A DNA stretch of 24,000 nt, taken from NCBI RefSeq assembly GCF_007109405.1, contig NZ_VJOY01000005.1, positions 103,921 to 127,920 of the forward strand, given 5' to 3'. Positions 22,789 to 24,000 of the stretch are shown one piece after another. This stretch comes from Pseudomonas mangiferae (GTDB lineage Bacteria; Pseudomonadota; Gammaproteobacteria; Pseudomonadales; Pseudomonadaceae). The translations under genes were made by a program, and so were the position numbers. The notes under the pieces are model-generated. The model did no database searches and was not told where the DNA came from. It was given only the letters and a program-made list of their open reading frames with translations. Every line of letters begins with the position of its first letter. The first letter of the stretch is position 1.

Positions 22789-23730
22789 TCAGTCGAGGCG
22801 TTCGTCGAGGAAGGCGAAATAGCGCTGGCGGAGGGCTTCGGTCTCGTTGGCCAGGTGGTGTCGCGCCGCGGGCAGCAGGAGCAGCTCGGGGCGGTCGAAC
22901 TTGTCCTCCAGCACCTGCAGGTTGTGGCCCCAGTCCACGGTCATGTCGGCGTCGCCCTGGATGATCAGCGGGCGCTTCGCCACCCGCGACGCCGCCTCGA
23001 TCCGCGGGATCCAGCGGGACAGGGCGCCGACCCAGGCGGTGGGCAGGGTCTGGGGTTGCAGGGGGTCCTGGCGGTGGACGAAGTCGATGAACTCCGCGTC
23101 CCCGGAATTGACGCTGAAGCGCCGCGGGATGGCGTCGACGAAGGGGCGCAGCAGGCGGTAGCTGAGCCTCGACCAGCCCCAGGAGCGCGGGCGCACCAGG
23201 GGCGCGAGGAGCAGGGTCTCGCCGTGGCCGTCGATGGCCGCGCCGGTGAGCAGGCGGTCCAGCAGGATCGCGCCGCCGGTGCTCTGCCCGCACAGGTGCC
23301 AGGGCGCTGGCAGGCGCAGCGCCGCTGCTTCGGCCAGCAGCCCGTCGAGGGTCGCCTGGTACTCGGCGAAATCGCCGATGCTGGCGCGGGTACCGCTGGA
23401 CAGGCCATGGCCCGGCAGGTCGCAGGCCAGCACCGCGAAGCCCCGGCCCAGGGCCCAGTCGATGACGTGGCGATAAAGGCCCATGTGGTCGTAGTAGCCG
23501 TGCAGCAGGAGCAGGCTGGCCCGCGGCGCCGGCGGCGTCCACAGCTGCGCCGCCAGGCGGTAGCCGGGGATGTCGAAGTGCGCGAGCCGGCTGCGCACCT
23601 CGGGGTGCCGCGTGGCGAAGTCCAACCCGTAGAAACGCCGGTACGCGCTACCCTGGGGCAGCTCCTCGGCGTCGGCGGCGAAAGGACGCAGCAGCGGGCT
23701 CAACTGGTCGGGCTGGAACGGGTCGGTCAT
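22789..23730 (-). CDS. Alpha/beta-fold hydrolase (lysophospholipase/monoacylglycerol-lipase-like)
   Basis: The HGYYDHMG oxyanion-region motif and the nucleophile elbow GQSTGG (G-x-S-x-G) are present. A C-terminal acid/His region follows (IIQGDADMTVD ... ARHHL). Confidence 0.85.
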   Translation of the reverse strand: MTDPFQPDQLSPLLRPFAADAEELPQGSAYRRFYGLDFATRHPEVRSRLAHFDIPGYRLAAQLWTPPAPRASLLLLHGYYDHMGLYRHVIDWALGRGFAVLACDLPGHGLSSGTRASIGDFAEYQATLDGLLAEAAALRLPAPWHLCGQSTGGAILLDRLLTGAAIDGHGETLLLAPLVRPRSWGWSRLSYRLLRPFVDAIPRRFSVNSGDAEFIDFVHRQDPLQPQTLPTAWVGALSRWIPRIEAASRVAKRPLIIQGDADMTVDWGHNLQVLEDKFDRPELLLLPAARHHLANETEALRQRYFAFLDERLD

Positions 23731-23807
23731 GACGGATCCGGGGAAGGGTGCGGCGGACGATGTTCTGCCCGGCGCGCCGGCGTGGCAAGCTAGCGCACCG
23801 AAGCCCG

Positions 23808-24000
23808 ATGGTCCGCCCCATGCGCCCGCGCCGCAAGCCCCTCGTCGCCTGCCTGTCCGTGCTGCTCTGCGCGGTGGCGCTGTACGCCGCCTGGAGCTGG
23901 TACCAGGACCGCTACATCCGCCCCTTCGATACCCGTGCCACGCTGTTCAGCGGCGCGCCGCTGCACCTGCCGGCGGACCTGGCCGGGCCCGGGCCGGTGC
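23808..24000 (+). CDS. 5' part of a membrane-anchored hypothetical protein (continues beyond the window)
   Basis: The frame is open from ATG 23808 (or ATG 23820) to the window end. It encodes a basic N-terminus plus a TM/signal anchor (RPRRKPLVACLSVLLCAVALYAAW). The ORF is absent from the track because it has no stop in the window. No family recognised. Confidence 0.4.
   Translation, partial: MVRPMRPRRKPLVACLSVLLCAVALYAAWSWYQDRYIRPFDTRATLFSGAPLHLPADLAGPGPV

Noticed and set aside
1-24000. Scan for CRISPR arrays, tRNA/rRNA genes, IS elements, integrases and long tandem or inverted repeats
   Set aside because: No spaced direct-repeat array was seen. No tRNA-like T-arm/acceptor pattern was seen. 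No transposase- or integrase-like translation appears in any track ORF, and there are no terminal inverted repeats around the islet.

Overview
High-GC chromosomal segment, roughly two-thirds G+C by hand counts of individual lines, with Pseudomonas-like gene content. No rRNA, tRNA, CRISPR array, transposase or integrase was seen.

Gene order, left to right:
- The 3' end of a DUF294-type nucleotidyltransferase, with a translationally coupled DnaQ-like 3'-5' exonuclease.
- An iron-starvation cell-surface-signalling cluster: FecI-like ECF sigma, FecR-like anti-sigma and a TonB-dependent transducer. It is followed by a PepSY-TM protein, a coupled 62-codon membrane ORF, an exported seven-blade Vgb-like propeller and a GST.
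- On the minus strand, creB-creC-creD plus a small membrane protein.
- An exported RimB-like retropepsin downstream of an HD-GYP phosphodiesterase.
- A PlsC/YihG-type acyltransferase.
- A BetT-like BCCT transporter preceded by a palindromic operator.
- A Gfo/Idh/MocA oxidoreductase, an RluA-family pseudouridine synthase, an alpha/beta hydrolase and the start of a membrane-anchored ORF.

The stand-out region is a compositionally foreign islet of about 2.6 kb (about 17.64-20.25 kb), where local G+C falls to 23-48%. It lies between the BCCT transporter and the oxidoreductase and holds four small genes arranged as two convergent bicistrons. Each bicistron pairs a leaderless protein carrying cell-wall-hydrolase-type motifs with a tightly linked signal-peptide protein. 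I read this as an orphan interbacterial effector-immunity locus of the kind delivered by T6SS. The right pair resembles, from memory, Tae2/BPSL0067-type papain-fold amidases. The left pair (Hydrolase_2-like C-terminal domain plus a lipobox protein) matches no effector family I can name. All family assignments come from motif recognition by eye, not database searches.
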